64,000 nucleotides of DNA. It comes from Monocercomonoides exilis PA203 (taxonomy: Eukaryota > Protista > Preaxostyla). The DNA lies in contig LSRY02000030.1 in assembly GCA_001643675.2 (NCBI GenBank), positions 1,116,001 through 1,180,000 of the forward strand, in the 5' to 3' direction. Under the pieces are notes generated by a model. The model was not told the origin of the DNA. It saw nothing but the letters and a program-made list of their open reading frames with translations, and ran no database searches. This document shows positions 62,951 through 64,000 of the stretch, piece by piece; positions within the stretch are counted from its first letter, which is position 1, and each line of letters opens with the position of its first letter. Made by a program: the position numbers and the translations under genes.

Positions 62951-63203
62951 TTTTTTTGAATGATTTCAAAGCGTTTATTTATTTATTTGCTTATGCATTG
63001 CAGAGATTTCTTATCTTTTGTAATAATTGATATCCAGTTTTGTTGCAAAAAATAGAAAATAAAATTGAATAACGAAATGGCAAAAATTAGCTTTTTAACT
63101 GTAGAAATTGTGAAATGATATTATATGAAAAGATTTGTTCAAATAAAGCATTCAATAAAAATAAGTAAATTAATTTTTGTTATTATTTCTTAATTATTGC
63201 ATC

Positions 63204-63205
<2 letters not shown>

Positions 63206-63255
<50 letters not shown>

Positions 63256-63269
63256 AAAAAAAAAAAAAA
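63206..63269. repeat. Long poly(A) tract (A47-TC-A15)
   Basis: Read directly from the sequence. Confidence 0.9.
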
Positions 63270-63295
63270 TCATTCAACAGTCTAATTAATACACA

Positions 63296-63590
63296 TTAAC
63301 ACCCTTCTTCTTCTCTCTCTTTCTCCTCGTATCTATCAGGGGACTCATCTGCCTGCAGCAGCATCTCCATTCTCTCAATGTTTGTCTTGTCCAGCCGGAT
63401 GCTATTCAACATCGACGGAATGCCATTCAGCGATGCCCTGAGTGATTCAATGATTCGGATGGAAGGAAAGGAAGAAGGTGCATTCAAAGGCAGATGCTGC
63501 CAGAAACGCAGGTGAACAAGGACGATGAGGGCGAGTGTCTTCACAAGCGACTGGAGGATGTCCCCGATGGTGTTGAAGAGGACCTGAAGA
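63296..63590 (-). other. Short GC-rich exon-like or gene fragment of unknown identity
   Basis: GC-rich island with an 82-aa ORF, preceded on the minus strand by a pyrimidine tract ending in CAG (about 63584). No recognisable product. Confidence 0.3.
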
Positions 63591-64000
63591 GAGAGAAAGA
63601 AAAGAAAGAAAGAAAGAAAGTATTAGTTGTGGAATATTTTTAATTACAAACATTTATATGTTAGATAAATTGATTATTAATATTAAAAATAAAAAATAAA
63701 TCAAAAAATTGAAAAAGAAAAGAAAGAAAAAGAAGAAATTTTCATCAAAAATGCATTAATAAATGAGGCAATACCCATTTTTCAATAAGCTCATATTGTT
63801 GCCTCTCTGATTGAAGCAGTCTATCTTTGATAATTTCTTCCAAGCCATTTATTTTTATAGAATGAAATCAAAAGAATATATGTGAAACACAAAAAGAGAA
63901 AAAAAAATTGAAAACATTAAATTATCATTGCTGAAAATGTTTGAGTAATTTTTAAATATTTTTATGATTTCCTTCTTTCTAATTTTTATAAAACAATGCA

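Noticed and set aside
63206-63269. Poly(A) tract as a LINE/SINE tail
   Set aside because: No TSD or identifiable non-LTR element upstream; similar homopolymers occur after ordinary genes in this window.

Overview
AT-rich eukaryotic DNA with short (about 50-130 nt) GT-AG introns and the standard genetic code. Gene families and style resemble the anaerobic oxymonad Monocercomonoides exilis (Metamonada); this identification is inference. A central block of apparently single-copy genes (18-49 kb) holds a coiled-coil/low-complexity protein, an ataxin-10-like protein, a membrane-anchored GH13 alpha-amylase, a hypothetical protein, a ~3,470-aa multi-pass TmcB-like membrane protein ending in a hemerythrin-like domain, and an ARID-domain protein. 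Both flanks carry expanded lineage-specific families: a 3,045-aa Cys/Gly-rich repeat receptor with a dead kinase C-lobe plus a 5'-truncated inverted paralog, and two paralogs of a ~430-470 aa helical protein, each followed by probable decayed DIRS-like retroelement sequence. Intergenic regions contain four inverted-repeat elements: a 991-bp foldback with 370-bp arms, a 450-bp TA-flanked pogo/Tc1-type MITE, a 214-bp hairpin MITE and a ~1.5-kb hAT relic. The best candidate for a new system is the TM-TPR-sensor-hemerythrin receptor, a possible O2/NO/iron sensor in an anaerobe. No rRNA, tRNA or CRISPR array was seen.
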